Shown here: positions 12,206-25,167 of the stretch, piece after piece
Numbering within the stretch: position 1 is the first letter of the stretch
How the letters are laid out: every line of letters starts with the position of its first letter
Origin: Lama guanicoe
Taxonomy: Eukaryota
DNA length: 62,483 bases
Direction of reading: 5' to 3'
Assembly (NCBI GenBank): GCA_013239625.1
Contig: MU054001.1
Location: forward strand, 1,739,884 to 1,802,366
Notes under the pieces: model-generated
Told to the model about the DNA's origin: nothing
Database searches by the model: none
What the model saw: the letters and a program-made list of their open reading frames with translations, nothing else
Program-made: the position numbers and the translations under genes

Positions 12206-15200
12206 ATCCTTGCTTTTTCTCTTGGTCCCCAGGGACTGCCCTTAGCAGCATGAACTGCTAGCTAATCTGAGCCTCATGGATCAGCAAAAGGGGTAGGTGG
12301 AGGGGGCAGAGGTTTCCCCATCTGGAATTCCACAGCTCCAGTAGCAGGACAAGATGGCATTTATTAAGGTTAAAAATAAATTTATTAAGGTTAAAAGATT
12401 TTACATTGTGTTTGTACATTTTACTTGCTGTCAGTTTTTAAAAACAGCTTTATATAGATATAATCCACATACCAAAAATTCACCCATTTAAAGTATACAA
12501 TTCAGTGGGTTTTTTTTTTTTTTAGCATATTCACAGTTATGCAACAAGCCAAAATCCACTTAGAACATTTTCATCATTAGCTGTCCAATGTCCTTAGCCC
12601 TAGGCAATTACTAATTTACTTTCTATATAGATTTGCCCATTCAACATTTCATGTAATTAGAGTCATACAGTATGTGATCTTTGTGACTAGTTCCTTTCAC
12701 TTAACATAATGTTTTCAGGGTTTATCCATGTTGCAGCATTTATCAGTCTTCATGCTTTTTACTGCTGAATAATATTCTGTTATATGGGTATATTGCATTT
12801 TATTTATCCATTCATCAGTTGATGGACATATGGGCTGTTTATATTTTAGGGCTATTGTGAATAACACTAATATGAATATTTGTTTCCAAGTTTTTGTGTG
12901 TTTTCATTTCTTTGGGTATATAACTAGGAATAGAATTGCTGAGTCATAAGGCAATACCACAAGGAATTGCAAAACAGCGTTCCAAGTGGCTGCACCCTCC
13001 GGCAATGAAGGACAGTTCTAATTTCTCCACATTTTTGCTAACACTTTATTGTCTGTCTTTTTGATTCTGGCCATTCTGAGGAGTATGATGTATTATCTCT
13101 TTGGTTTTGATCTGTATTTATTTGATGGCTGATAATATTGAGCATCTTTTCATATGCTTATTGGCCATTTGTATATATTCTTTGGAGAAATGTTTTTTCA
13201 AAACTTATGCCCATTTCACAAATGGGTTTTTGTCTCTATCATTGAGTTGTAAGAGTTCTTTACGTATTCTGATAGAATTTCTTTATCAGATACATGATTT
13301 GCAAATATTTTCCCAGTTCTGTGGTTTTTCTTTTCACTTTCTTGACGGTATCCTTTGAAGAACTAAAGACTTTAATTTTGATGAAGTCCAAATTATTTAT
13401 TTTTTTGTTGCTGGTGCTTTTGGTGTTGTGTCTGAAAACTTTTTGCCTAAATTAAGTTCACAAAGATTTATTCCTATGTTTTCTTCTAAGAGTTTTATAC
13501 TTTTATCTTTTACATTTAGATCTACATTCTATTCTGAGTTAGTTTTTATGTATGGAATAGGGAGAGGATACAACTTTATTCTTTTGTATATGTATATTCA
13601 GTTGTTCTGAATATCCTTTCCTGACTGAATTATCTTGGTACACTTTTCAAAAGTTTACTGATCATAAGTTTAAAAACGGGTTTATTTCTCTTTTTTTTAA
13701 TTGAAGCATAGTCGATTTACAATGTTTTATCAGTAAGGATTTATTTCTGAACTCTCACTTCTGTTTCATTGATCCATATGTCTATTCTAATTCCTGTACC
13801 ACACTCTTAATTATTGTAGCTCTTTGGTAAGTTTTGAAATCAGGAAATACGGGTCCTCTTAGTTCTTCTTTTTAAAAATTGTTTTAGCTATGCTGGGTAC
13901 TTGCATTTCTATATGAACTTTAGGATTCAACTGAAGATTTCTGCAAAGCAGCCAGCTGAGACTTTGATAGGGACTGTATCAAATCTGTATTTGGGAAATC
14001 TTGCCATTTATTTAGGTCTTTAATTTCTTTCAACAATGTTTTGTAGTTTTCAGTGTATTTTTTTTTACAGTTTTGTATGTTTTGTACTTTTTGTTAAATT
14101 TATTCCTAAGTATTTTATTGCATATGATGCTGCCATGAATGGAATTCTTTTCTTAACTTCAATTACTCATTGTTCTTGCTTGTTTATAGAAATACAGTTG
14201 ATTTTTCTATATTGATCTTGTATCCTGCAACCTTGATGAACCTGTTTATTGATTCTAATAGATCTTTTTAATTTAATTTTGTTTGTTTCATGGAGTCCTT
14301 AGGATTTTCTTTATATAACATTATGTCACCTGAAAATAGAGATAGTTTTATTTCTAGCTAGATGCTTTTGTTGTTGTTGTTGTTTTTCTTGTCTCATTTC
14401 TCTGGATAGAATTTGCAGGACAATGTTGAATAAATGTAACAGCAGACACATTTGTCTTCCCTGAGGAGAAAATATTCACTCTTCAACCATTATGTATGAT
14501 GTTAGCTGTTGGTTTTTCATAGATGACCTTTACCAAGCTGAGATAATTGTGTTTTATCTCTACCTTTTAAAAACAAACAAGAAATGGTGTTGGATTTTGT
14601 AAAGTGTCTTTTCTGCATCTATTGAAATACCCATGTTTCCCCCCCCTTTTTTCCACTAATGGTACATTGATTATTTCTTGTATGTTGAACCAATCTTGCA
14701 TTCCTGAGATAAAACCAACCTGTCATGGTGTATAATACTTCTCACATGCTGCTGGATTCAGTTTGTTAGCAATTTGTTGAGAAGTTTAGCATTTGTATTT
14801 ATAAGGGATATTGGTTGGTGATTTTCTTACAATGTCTTTATCTAGTTTTGGTATTAGGAGAATACTGGCCTCAACAAACAAGTTGAAAAATGTTTCCTTT
14901 TTCATTTTTGGAAAAGCATGCGATGAATAGGTGTTCCCCACCTCAATGAAGGCACCTAGTCTAGGGATTATATTATATATAGTTTTTTTAAATTAGTAAT
15001 TCAATCTCTTTATTATGCTCTTTATTTTAATGTAGTTTCTATTTCTTCTTGACTCAGTTTCACTAATTTGTGTTTTTCTTGAAATTCACCCATTTCATCT
15101 AGGTTATCTAAGTTACTGACATACAGTTATTCATAACATTCTCTTAATGCTCCAATTTTATTTCTTTACCTCTCGCCTTGGGTTTAGTCTGATCTTTTCC

Positions 15201-15582
15201 TAGTTTCTTAAACTGGAAAGTTAGGTTGATTTATGATTTTTTTGTCCCTTTATTTTGACATTTACAGCTATAAATTTCCCTCTGTGTACTCTTTGACTGT
15301 CTCTCATATGTTTTGGTATATTATGTGTTTGTTCATTCATCTAAAAATATTTTCTAATTTCCTTTGAGATTTCTTCTTTGACTCATTGGTTATTTAAAAA
15401 TATGTTGTTTAATTTCCACATATCTCTGAATCCAAGCTTTGTTACTGATTTCTAATTTCATTCCATTATGGTTGGAGAATATACTTTGTATGATTCAATC
15501 TTTAAATTTGAGACTTGTTTTATTACCTGCCAAGTGGGCTACCTGGAGAATGGTCCTTGTGTGCTTTAAGAATGTGTATTCT

Positions 15583-18041
15583 AAAGAAAATAAAGACACA
15601 ATCTCTTTTAAAATTACATCCAAAACAATAAAATACTTAGGAATAAATCTGACCAAGGAGGTGAAAGACTTATACATGGAGAACTACAAAACATTGATTA
15701 AGGAAATTAAAGAGGACTTAAAGAAGTGGAAAGATATCCCATGTTATTGGATTGGAAGAATCAGTATTGTTAAAATGGTCATACTGCCCAAGGCAATTTA
15801 CAGATTTAATGCCATCCCTATCAAATTACCCAGGACATTTTTTTTTTAACAGAACTAGAACAAACAATCCTAAAATTTATATGGAATCACAAAAGACCTA
15901 GAATTGCCAAAGCCATATGGAAGAAAAAGAATGAAGCTGGAGGAATAGCCTTCCCAGACTTCAGACAATACTACAGAGCTTCAGTAATCAAAACAGCATG
16001 GTGTTGGCATAAAAACAGAAATATGGATCAATGGAACAGACTAGAGAGCCCAGAAGTAAATCCACAGACCTCTGGTCAATTAATCTTCAACAAAGGAGGC
16101 AAAAATATACAATAGAGAAAAGACAGTCTCTTCAGCAAGTGGTGTTGGGAAAACTGGATAGCAGCATGTAAATCAATGAAGTTAGAACTCTCCCTCACTA
16201 CAAGGAGGTGAAAGACTTATACATGGAGAACTACAAAACATTGATTAAGGAAATTAAAGAGGACTTAAAGAAGTGGAAAGATATCCCATGTTATTGGATT
16301 GGAAGAATCAGTATTGTTAAAATGGTCATACTGCCCAAGGCAATTTACAGATTTAATGCCATCCCTATCAAATTACCCAGGACATTTTTTTTTTAACAGA
16401 ACTAGAACAAACAATCCTAAAATTTATATGGAATCACAAAAGACCTAGAATTGCCAAAGCCATATGGAAGAAAAAGAATGAAGCTGGAGGAATAGCCTTC
16501 CCAGACTTCAGACAATACTACAGAGCTTCAGTAATCAAAACAGCATGGTGTTGGCATAAAAACAGAAATATGGATCAATGGAACAGACTAGAGAGCCCAG
16601 AAGTAAATCCACAGACCTCTGGTCAATTAATCTTCAACAAAGGAGGCAAAAATATACAATAGAGAAAAGACAGTCTCTTCAGCAAGTGGTGTTGGGAAAA
16701 CTGGATAGCAGCATGTAAATCAATGAAGTTAGAACTCTCCCTCACTCCATACAGAAAAATAAACTCAAAATGGCTTAAAGACTTAAACATAAGACAAGAC
16801 ATGATAAATCTCCTAGAAGAAAACATAGGTAAAGCATTCTCTGACGTAAATCTTAGCAATGCTCTCCTAGGGCAGTCTACTCAGGCAATGGAAATAAGAG
16901 CAAAAATAAACAAATGGGACCTAATTAAACTTATAAGCTTTTGCATAGCAAAGGAAACCATAAGCAAAACAAAACGACAACCTACGGAATGGGAGAAAAT
17001 ATTTACAAATGATAAGACTGACAAAGGCTTAATTTCCAGAATATATAAACAGCTCACACAACTTAATAACAACAGAAAAAAAAAACCCAAAAACAACCAA
17101 TTCAATCAAAAAATGGACAGAGGACCTAAACAAGCAGTTCTCCAGTGAAGAAATACAAATGGCCAATAGGCACATAAAAAAATGCTCATATCACTAATTA
17201 TCAGAGAAATGCAAATCAAAACTACAATGAGGTATCACCTCACACCAGCCAGAATGGCCATCATTCAAAAGTCCATTAACGATAAATGCTGGAGAGAGTG
17301 TGGAGAAAAGGGAACCCTTCTACACTGCTGGTGGGAATGTAGTTTGGTGCAGCCATTATGGAAAACAGTATGGAGATTCTTCAAAAAACTAAAAATAGAC
17401 TTACAATATGATCCAGCAATCCCACTTTTGGGTATATATCCAGAGGGAACTCTAATTTGAAAAGATACATGCACCCCAATGTTCATAACAGCACTATATA
17501 TGGTAGCCAAGATATGGAAGCAAACTAAATGTCCATCAACAGATGACTGGATAAAGAAGCTGTGGTATATTTATACAATGGAATACTACTCAGCCATAAA
17601 AAAGAATAAAATAATGCCATTTGCAGCAACATGGATGGACCTAGAGATTCTCATTCTAAGTGAAGTAAGCCAGAAAGAGAAAGAAAAATATCATATGATA
17701 TCATTCATATGTGGAATCTAAAAAAAAAATGACACTATGAACTCATTTACAAAATAGATGCAGATTCGCAGACATAGTAAACGATCTTATGGTTACCAGG
17801 GAAAGTGGGTGGGAGGGGATACATTTGGTAGTTTGAGATTTACAAATGTTTGCCACTATATATAAATGTAGATTTTTAAAAGTTTCTTCTGTACAGCACA
17901 GGGAACTATGTTCAGTATCTTTTAATAATCTTTAATGAAAAACTACAGAAACGAATATATGTATGTATATGCATGACTGGAATACTGTGCTGTATACCAG
18001 AAATTGACAGATCATAATTGACTGTACGTCAATTAAAAAAA
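15583..18041 (+). mobile_element. Young 5'-truncated L1 (ORF2 C-terminal part, 3' UTR, A tail) with 15-bp TSD
   Basis: ORF2 peptides [15 protein letters not shown]...[47 protein letters not shown]; frameshifted; TSD AAGAATGTGTATTCT at 15568-15582 and 18042-18056. Confidence 0.95.
15654..16746 (+). repeat. Tandem duplication of L1 ORF2 segment, period 547 bp
   Basis: 15654-16199 matches 16201-16746 with no mismatch found by eye. Confidence 0.95.
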
Positions 18042-18810
18042 AAGAATGTGTATTCTGCTATTGTTGGGTGGTATCTTGTAGATGTTTCTTAGGTCTAGTT
18101 GATTTATAGTGTTGTTCAAATTTGTTTACTTGTTAATCCTTTGCCTGCTTGTTCTATTATTGAAAGTAAGCTATTAGTCTGCAACTATTATTGTTGAATG
18201 GTGTATTTTCCTTTCAATTTTTTAGTTTTTGCTGTATGTATTTCATAGGCCTGGTGTTAGGTACACATATGTCTATAAATTATTACATTTTCTTGATAGA
18301 TTGATACTTCTATTATTATAAAATGTTCTACTTTATTTCTAGTAACATTTTTTTGGTTTATTCTAAAGTCTGTGTCCCTTTTATTAGTATAGCTACTCCA
18401 GTTTTCTTATGGTTACTCCTTACATATCATGTATATCTATGATAATGATCTAAATAATCATATATACATACACATGTATGAATTATGTAGATTGTGACCA
18501 ATGCAGGCATGTCAAATCAGTGGAGAGTTTATATACTAAATGATGCTGGGACACTGCATAACTCTTAGGAAAAATTCAAATTAAGATTCCTATCTTATAT
18601 GTTACCAAAATAAACTAAAAGTCTATTTTTAATCTATCAAATAGACAAAGATTTGTAATAAGTTATAATACCCAGTATTGCTAAGGAGACATATGGAAGG
18701 AAGTAGTTTTCACTCTGCTGTTGGGGTGTAAAATAATATAATCCAACTGGTTTTTAAATTTGAACATAACCATTTCATGCCTAGGTATTTATTCTAAAGT
18801 AGGCAAAGAT

Positions 18811-19056
18811 GTGGGCAGGGACAGACTGGAAGTTCAAGATTTATAGATACTGACAGGTATATATAGAATAGATAAACAAGTTTATACTGTATAGCACAGG
18901 GAAATACAGTCAAGATCTTGTGGTAGCTCAGTAGCTCACGGTGAAAAAGAATATGAAAACGAATATATGTATATTCATGTATGACTGGAAAACTGTGCTG
19001 TACACCAGAAATTTGATACAACATTGTAAACTGACTGTAACTCAATTAAAAAAAAA
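18811..19056 (+). mobile_element. L1 3' end fragment with 16-bp TSD
   Basis: TAAAGTAGGCAA(A/G)GAT at 18795-18810 and 19057-19072 flanks an L1 3' UTR ending caattaaaaaaaaa. Confidence 0.85.
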
Positions 19057-19547
19057 TAAAGTAGGCAAGGATTATTTCGTTAGTAAAGGCAAAGATTATT
19101 TCAAAAAAATCGTAAGTGTATGCAATGATTTAACATAAACACATTATTTTTTAAATAGCCCCAAACTGAAAAATATCTAAATGCTCAAAAATTGGGTATC
19201 AAACAAATTATGATGTATCTATAACTATATAGAATGAGAAAGCCCTTAAAAATGTTGTGAAAGATTCTTTAATGACATGGAAAGATTACTATGATATAGT
19301 AAATGAAAAAAGTTTACAAAATGGTATGTATAGTTTAACTCCACTCTCGTTAAAATAATACACAATATATGTATGCAAAAAAAAAAAAAAGACCCAAAGG
19401 TTAACATTTATCTCTGAGTGTTCAACATTATGGGTTTTTTATTTTCTTTGTGCTTTCCCTCCCTTCCCCCACCCCACTCCATGATTTTCTACAATATGCT
19501 GTCTTATTTTTTACTAAGAAAAAGGAACAACAATTTAAAAATTCATT

Positions 19548-20011
19548 AAGAAGCTAAGATGTGGTATATATGTACTGTGGATTTACTACTCAGCCATAAA
19601 ATATAATGAAATTTTGTCATTTGCAGCAACATGGATAGACTTGGAGGGCATTATGCTAAGTGAAGTAAGTCAAAGACAAATGCTATATGATATTACTTAT
19701 ACATGAAACCTAAAAAATACGACAAACTAGTGAATTTAACAAGAAGCAAGCTGACTCAAAGATACAGAGAACTAGTGGTTACAGTGGGGAGGGGGAAAGC
19801 AGGAAGGACAATAAGGGGGCAGGGGAGTAAGAGGAACAAATTATTATGTATAAATTAAGCTACAAGGGTGTATTGTACAACATGGGGAATATAGTCAGTA
19901 TGTCACAATTATAAGTGGAGTATAATCTTTAAAAATTGTGAATCACCATATTGTACACATATATTGTAACTTACATAATATTGTTTATCAACTACACTTC
20001 AATTAAAAAAA
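19548..20011 (+). mobile_element. L1 3' end (ORF2 end plus 3' UTR)
   Basis: tactactcagccataaaa...tttgcagcaacatggatagacttggagggcattatgctaagtgaa...cttcaattaaaaaaa. Confidence 0.85.
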
Positions 20012-20416
20012 GATGTTATTTTTGCCTCTTAGTAAAGGCAAAGATTATTTCAAAGGACAATACACAGTATTGGTAAGGATTTGGAGTAAACGAGCATGCA
20101 CAAAATGTATGCTGCTAATAGTAGTATAAATTGCTACTAATGGCATCACTGTGGACTTGGCAGCACACATCAAAAGCCTTAAAAACAGAAATATTTTCAC
20201 TTCTTGGGATTAAGGAAATCATTAGAGGTGGATGCAAAAATGCAAATACAAAGGCAAATGTCCATTTTTAGGTTCTTGGTTAAATAAATTACATCCGTAT
20301 GAGCCAATGTATGTATTAAAAATCACACTGCAGGATACTTATTGACGTAGAGGCCAGTATATTAAAGGTAAAACAGCAAATATTATGCCCCATATAATAC
20401 TGATTTAAGATGAAAA

Positions 20417-20855
20417 TGTATTAGTTTCCTAATGCTGCCATAACAAATTACCCCAAACAGGGTTGCTTAAAACAACAGAAATGTATTCTCTTACAATTCA
20501 GCCCAGAAGTCCAAAATCAAGGTGTTGGCAAGTTGGTTCCTTCTGGAGGCTCTGGAGGAGAATCTGCTTTATGCTTCTCTCCTAGCTTCTGGCAGTTGCT
20601 GGTAATCCTTGGTGTTCCTTGGCTTCTAGCTGCGTCATGCCAGCCTCTGCATATTGCCTCGTGACTCTCTTCTCCGTGTTTCTTATGGTCCCCTCCTCTT
20701 CTTTTAAGGACGCCAGTCACTAGACTTAGGGCCTACCGCAATCTAAAATGACTGCATCTTAACTAATACCCGCCGAGACCCTCTTTCCAAATAAGGTCAC
20801 ATTTTGAGGTCCTGGGTTGACATGAATTTTTGTAAGACAATATTCAACCCACTGT
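20417..20855 (-). mobile_element. MaLR MLT1C/D-like solo LTR
   Basis: tgtattagtttcctaatgctgccataacaaattacc...ttccaaataaggtcacatt...attcaacccac. Confidence 0.85.
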
Positions 20856-21659
20856 ATGTATATAACATACGTATTAAAAGATTGGATGTCTTCATGAACG
20901 GTATCTCAGGGAGGGTATATAGATGATTCAAAGATTTTTTTTTCTGCATTTAAAATAGCTTATGTACTGGAGTTGCATTCATATAGAGATTAAGTTCTAA
21001 ATTGAGGTATGAGGTGAACATTATTTGTAATCAAAAATTACTCCCCCTCCACTTTTCCCTCCTACAGCTCCAAATATACAGAATACATCATTTCATAGTG
21101 TATGTTTTCTCAAAAACATCCAACACACCCAATTCTTCCTCCAGTAGTGGACCATGGTAGCGATCCTTCGAGTGAACACCAGGTGAAGCAGCTGGCTTGT
21201 GTTTATTTTACAAAAAAGAGAAAAGGTCTAAAATATGACAGTAGAGTTGAATGTGTTCAAGTTAAATGAGTATATGATGAGACTCCAGTGTTTCACTTTT
21301 GTAATTTGAGGAAAACAAGTTTCTTTCATATTTACAAAGAACATAATAAATAATAGTGATGAATTAGGAAAGACTCTTAAGACCAAGGGGAAAACATCAT
21401 TACTGATCTCCAAAAGGGACTTCTTTAAGAGGTTAGGTATATCTCTGTATCTTTCTGAATTTTTTTAAAGGTCCAGGGTAAGAAAACTTAAGGAAACAAT
21501 GATACTGTGGATATAATTATAGCCAATTTCTGTCTTTTAATTCTTCCAATGCATACTTTCCTTTTAAAGATTGATGACTATGGTTTCTTTCATAACTGGA
21601 GTAAGATAAATTATATATAAAAATAAAAAAGTATTGTCATGTACAGAGGCTGACATCAT

Positions 21660-24288
21660 GGGTAGTCAAAGAATATGTTTAATAAAAAATAATTAAACTT
21701 CCATTTGCTCTATAGAACATCATAGAAAGTAATTTAATAAATTACAAATGACTTTTTAAGACGTTTGCTCAACTACAGAAAGCAAATTCAGACTACACAA
21801 AACACAACTGGTAAATATTGCAAATGTCCAAAAGAAAAATTGGACTAAGACTTGAATCATGAAACCTGAAACAAGGGCTATAAATACAAGGCAATAACAG
21901 CTATAATTCTTTTAGTAACTACCAACACATACTTGGATATCCTTTCAACTGCAACTTTAGTATTATGTAATTCTACTGATTTTTTTTTTGTCTTCTTATA
22001 ACCCTTAACTTTACACAACCATGTTTGCATGTGTTTTTTTTTTAAGCTGATGGCTGGACAACTTTTTCCCAGTCAGTACTAGATAGAAGTATCTTGAAAC
22101 CCAAGAGAATGTTTAAGGTTAATATTAGCTTTAATGCTTAGAAAACTGCAATTGCCTTATTACATAGAAAGAGAATCACTAAGATGTTAACCAAATTCAT
22201 TTGATCATAATTAGGAAAATACTTCATCTCATAAATTTGATATAAATTAGATTTTAGTGACAAGATCTAGGGCTTCCCACCCCCACCCCCCTTTTATTTC
22301 AAATTGGAGACAGAAAGGAGTGAAGATCATGTGGGCAGAACTAGAGGGAGAAGGGAAATACAGATGGTGTTGAAATACTCCACCAGCAAACTAAGTTAAC
22401 TGTGTTTGAAAAACTTTGGCTATCTCATAGGTGTGTTCTAGTGAAACAAAAGTGCAATACTGCAGAGGGAAGATACTAAGTATGTAATATATCATTTTCA
22501 TGATGAAGAATTACTACCCACTTCTCCTGGATGGGCATTATAGTGACTATTGCTAAGACATTGCATAAAGGACTATCGATTCAAAGTACTATTTTGGGAA
22601 AATACAAAAATTAATACAATCCCAATGGAATTTTTGTAATTTTGTAAATACATATAACACTGTCTCTCTCTAATAAGGGGTTAGTTATTTTACATACAGA
22701 AACATAATTTACTGGTAAAGATCTCGGAAAATCCAATATAATTGCTTAATTCATGACAAAGCAACAGAGTTCTATCAAAACATACTGAAAGTTATTTTTT
22801 CTGTGGGAGAGAAGTGAGGTACTTTTCCCTCCTAAATGTATCCCCTAGCAAACTTGATCACTGACTTATTCAAGTACCAGAAAAACACTAATGCTTATCT
22901 CTCCTTAGGATGTAAATGCTATTTTATGTCCAATTCAGTTCTAATTGTTTTAAATGTATATGAAGGTGAACCTGGACCTCTACCTTGTCAGAATAATAGC
23001 AACTTTAGCAGGAGAAATTGTATCACAAATCAATTAGTAGACAAGTTTTACATGGTAAAGGGTTCTAAGAAATTGATCAGAAGCCTTGGGCTTCATTTTT
23101 TTGTGGTTTACAGGTATAATGTATATATTTTTGAGATTATTCAAAGTGCATTTTCAAAATGGGCAACTCAGTATATTTAATATAAACTGATAACCCAACA
23201 CTGATTCTGGGCAACATTTAGTCTGCTTACACCTAAAAACTCAAAATGAATTGAGACTATCTGCATATTACTTTACCATTATTATCTGTTAATTTTGGAA
23301 TATTTCCATGACATAAAACACAAATAGAAATCTACACAAATAAAGCAAACAAACAATTTCTTTTACATGAAGTATGCTGTGTTGAAAGTTCTTTTCAGTG
23401 GCATTTCATGAGTTTGCCTTTTCTGAACCCTGGAAAACAGACATTACTCATCTGAGACATAATTATTTCTAATAGGAGGCCAAACTTTGAAAAGTTAAAA
23501 CTAAGTATGTCTGGAGGGTGCCAAAGTCACACGACACAGGATTTTTGTGACTTAATTTTACTGACTTTAGAGTTAAGCTCAGCAAAAAGCAAGTCATATT
23601 TCTTGCCAGATTAACATGATATATAGGATGTATTTAAAAAACCCCTGAAAACAAGTATAGAATTAGAAACGAATGTAAACTTCCTAAACTAACTCAGCTG
23701 AGGTAACAGGTAGCCAGTTAAATTGGCTGATTGGGAAACTTATTTCTTCTTTAAAACACACTTGTACCTGAATTGGAAACATCAGCAGTGCATCACAACA
23801 CTAGAGCATTTTCATGTAATTAAAGCAATGGATGGTGATGTAGATTCTACAGCTTTCATGACATTCATTAGCTGCCCAAATTATTGCTGAGTTTTGATCT
23901 GTAAATTATAGGTGTCAAGGAGGCTGTAAAACTATATTCAAATTAAATCAGTAATATGCATAAAGTATTCTGTGTTCACTGCAAATATATTAAATATACA
24001 ACTCTTATTGAGCATAATTTTCATAAAATTAAACCCCAACAAAATTATAATGCCTTTTGTTGTAATTTTACACCTTTATGTATCTGATAGTACATACGAG
24101 TTCAGAAACTTATGAATCTTAAGAAATACTACATGCAAAATGTCTCTGAAAGCAGTTTGTACTTCTAAACAAATAACTGAAATGTTCTGTCAGTAAGTTA
24201 TTGATGCACTCAACACTGGGATATTTACAATTAATAATTAAAGAAAAAAAATCCAAAACCAGTTCATAATTTAAGTGCAGTCTGGGAA
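21660..24288 (-). other. CHD9: CHD9 3' UTR (approximate)
   Basis: Repeat-free AU-rich sequence after the stop. The end is inferred from ATTAAA at 21683-21678 followed by a U-rich tract. Confidence 0.6.
21678..21683 (-). terminator. Candidate CHD9 polyadenylation signal (ATTAAA)
   Basis: Minus-strand ATTAAA then CATATTCTTTGACTA; U-rich element about 50-60 nt further downstream. Confidence 0.5.
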
Positions 24289-25167
24289 TCAGTCTTCATT
24301 ACTAGAATCTGAATCCTCGGACGATGATGCTGTACTATCAGATCCAGATGAAGCATCGGCTTTCTCTGAACCCTCATCTGTGCTGTTTTCATTGAGAGGA
24401 CTTGGTTCAGTTCCCCCTTTGTCTTCCTGATCTCTAACTCTGGAATCTTCTTCCTTTACTTCTACAGACTTAGACGAGCCTAAGTCACTGTTTTTGTTTT
24501 TCTGTACATCAAAAGTATTGGACTGGGACAAAGTTGGAATATGAAGATTAAGGCCTGGAGTGAGAAGCATCCCTGGATAAAGTATATTAGATAGTAATAG
24601 TGGGTTAAGAGCTAACGGGTTGGCAGCTGCAGCTGTATTTAATGCAGCAGTAGAGGATGTTGAAGGAGAACTTGACACAGAGTTTTCTCCACCATTTTCT
24701 GAATTTTGGCTCTCTGTCCTTTCTTTTTTTCCTTCTAGCTCCTTAGAGTCATTTCCCTTTTTTTCTTCTGTTCCAGATTCTGTAGGCTTTGTCAGGAGTC
24801 CCCCCATGCCCAACAGATTTGGCAATCCTGTCATTCCTGACAGCAGCATGGGGAACATGGCGGCCACGTTTTTAGCTTCTCCTCCAGAAGAAAGGCCGGC
24901 AGGCATTCCCATCAGCCCTGCGGTTACTTGCAGCGACTGCAGGTTTTGTAGGTTTTGTTGTAAGGCCTGAAGAGTTGGGAGGTCCACACCTGGAAGTAAT
25001 CCATTGGCTAACAAAGGATTGCCTGAAATACTGGTGGCAGTTGCAGCCGCTGCTGCTGCTGTGGCCTTCGCAATTCCACTTTTAGGCCGTCTCCCTCGCC
25101 TGCTTACTTCCTCTCTCACAACGGGACCAGTGAGAATACGTTCATACATGCTTTCTGGAAGAAATCC
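24289..25167 (-). CDS. CHD9: CHD9 terminal coding exon
   Basis: ttttag|GGATTTCTTCCAGAAAGCATG...; 879 nt to [33 protein letters not shown]...[12 protein letters not shown]. Confidence 0.96.
   Translation of the reverse strand, partial: GFLPESMYERILTGPVVREEVSRRGRRPKSGIAKATAAAAAATATSISGNPLLANGLLPGVDLPTLQALQQNLQNLQSLQVTAGLMGMPAGLSSGGEAKNVAAMFPMLLSGMTGLPNLLGMGGLLTKPTESGTEEKKGNDSKELEGKKERTESQNSENGGENSVSSSPSTSSTAALNTAAAANPLALNPLLLSNILYPGMLLTPGLNLHIPTLSQSNTFDVQKNKNSDLGSSKSVEVKEEDSRVRDQEDKGGTEPSPLNENSTDEGSEKADASSGSDSTASSSEDSDSSNED

Larger units (their letters stand above)
12435..18420 (-). mobile_element. Old L1 (L1MB-like, 3' UTR plus ORF2 relic), split by the younger L1 at 15583-18041
   Basis: Continuous decayed antisense L1 from 12435 to 15582, resuming at 18057 (gctattgttgggtgg...ttaggtctag). 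Confidence 0.85.

Noticed and set aside
15439..17721. ORF2-like reading frames suggesting an active retroelement or domesticated gene
   Set aside because: 5'-truncated, with no ORF1, endonuclease or RT core, and broken by frameshifts and stops.
24620..24970. 116-aa plus-strand ORF
   Set aside because: Antisense shadow of the CHD9 terminal exon with a non-ATG start.
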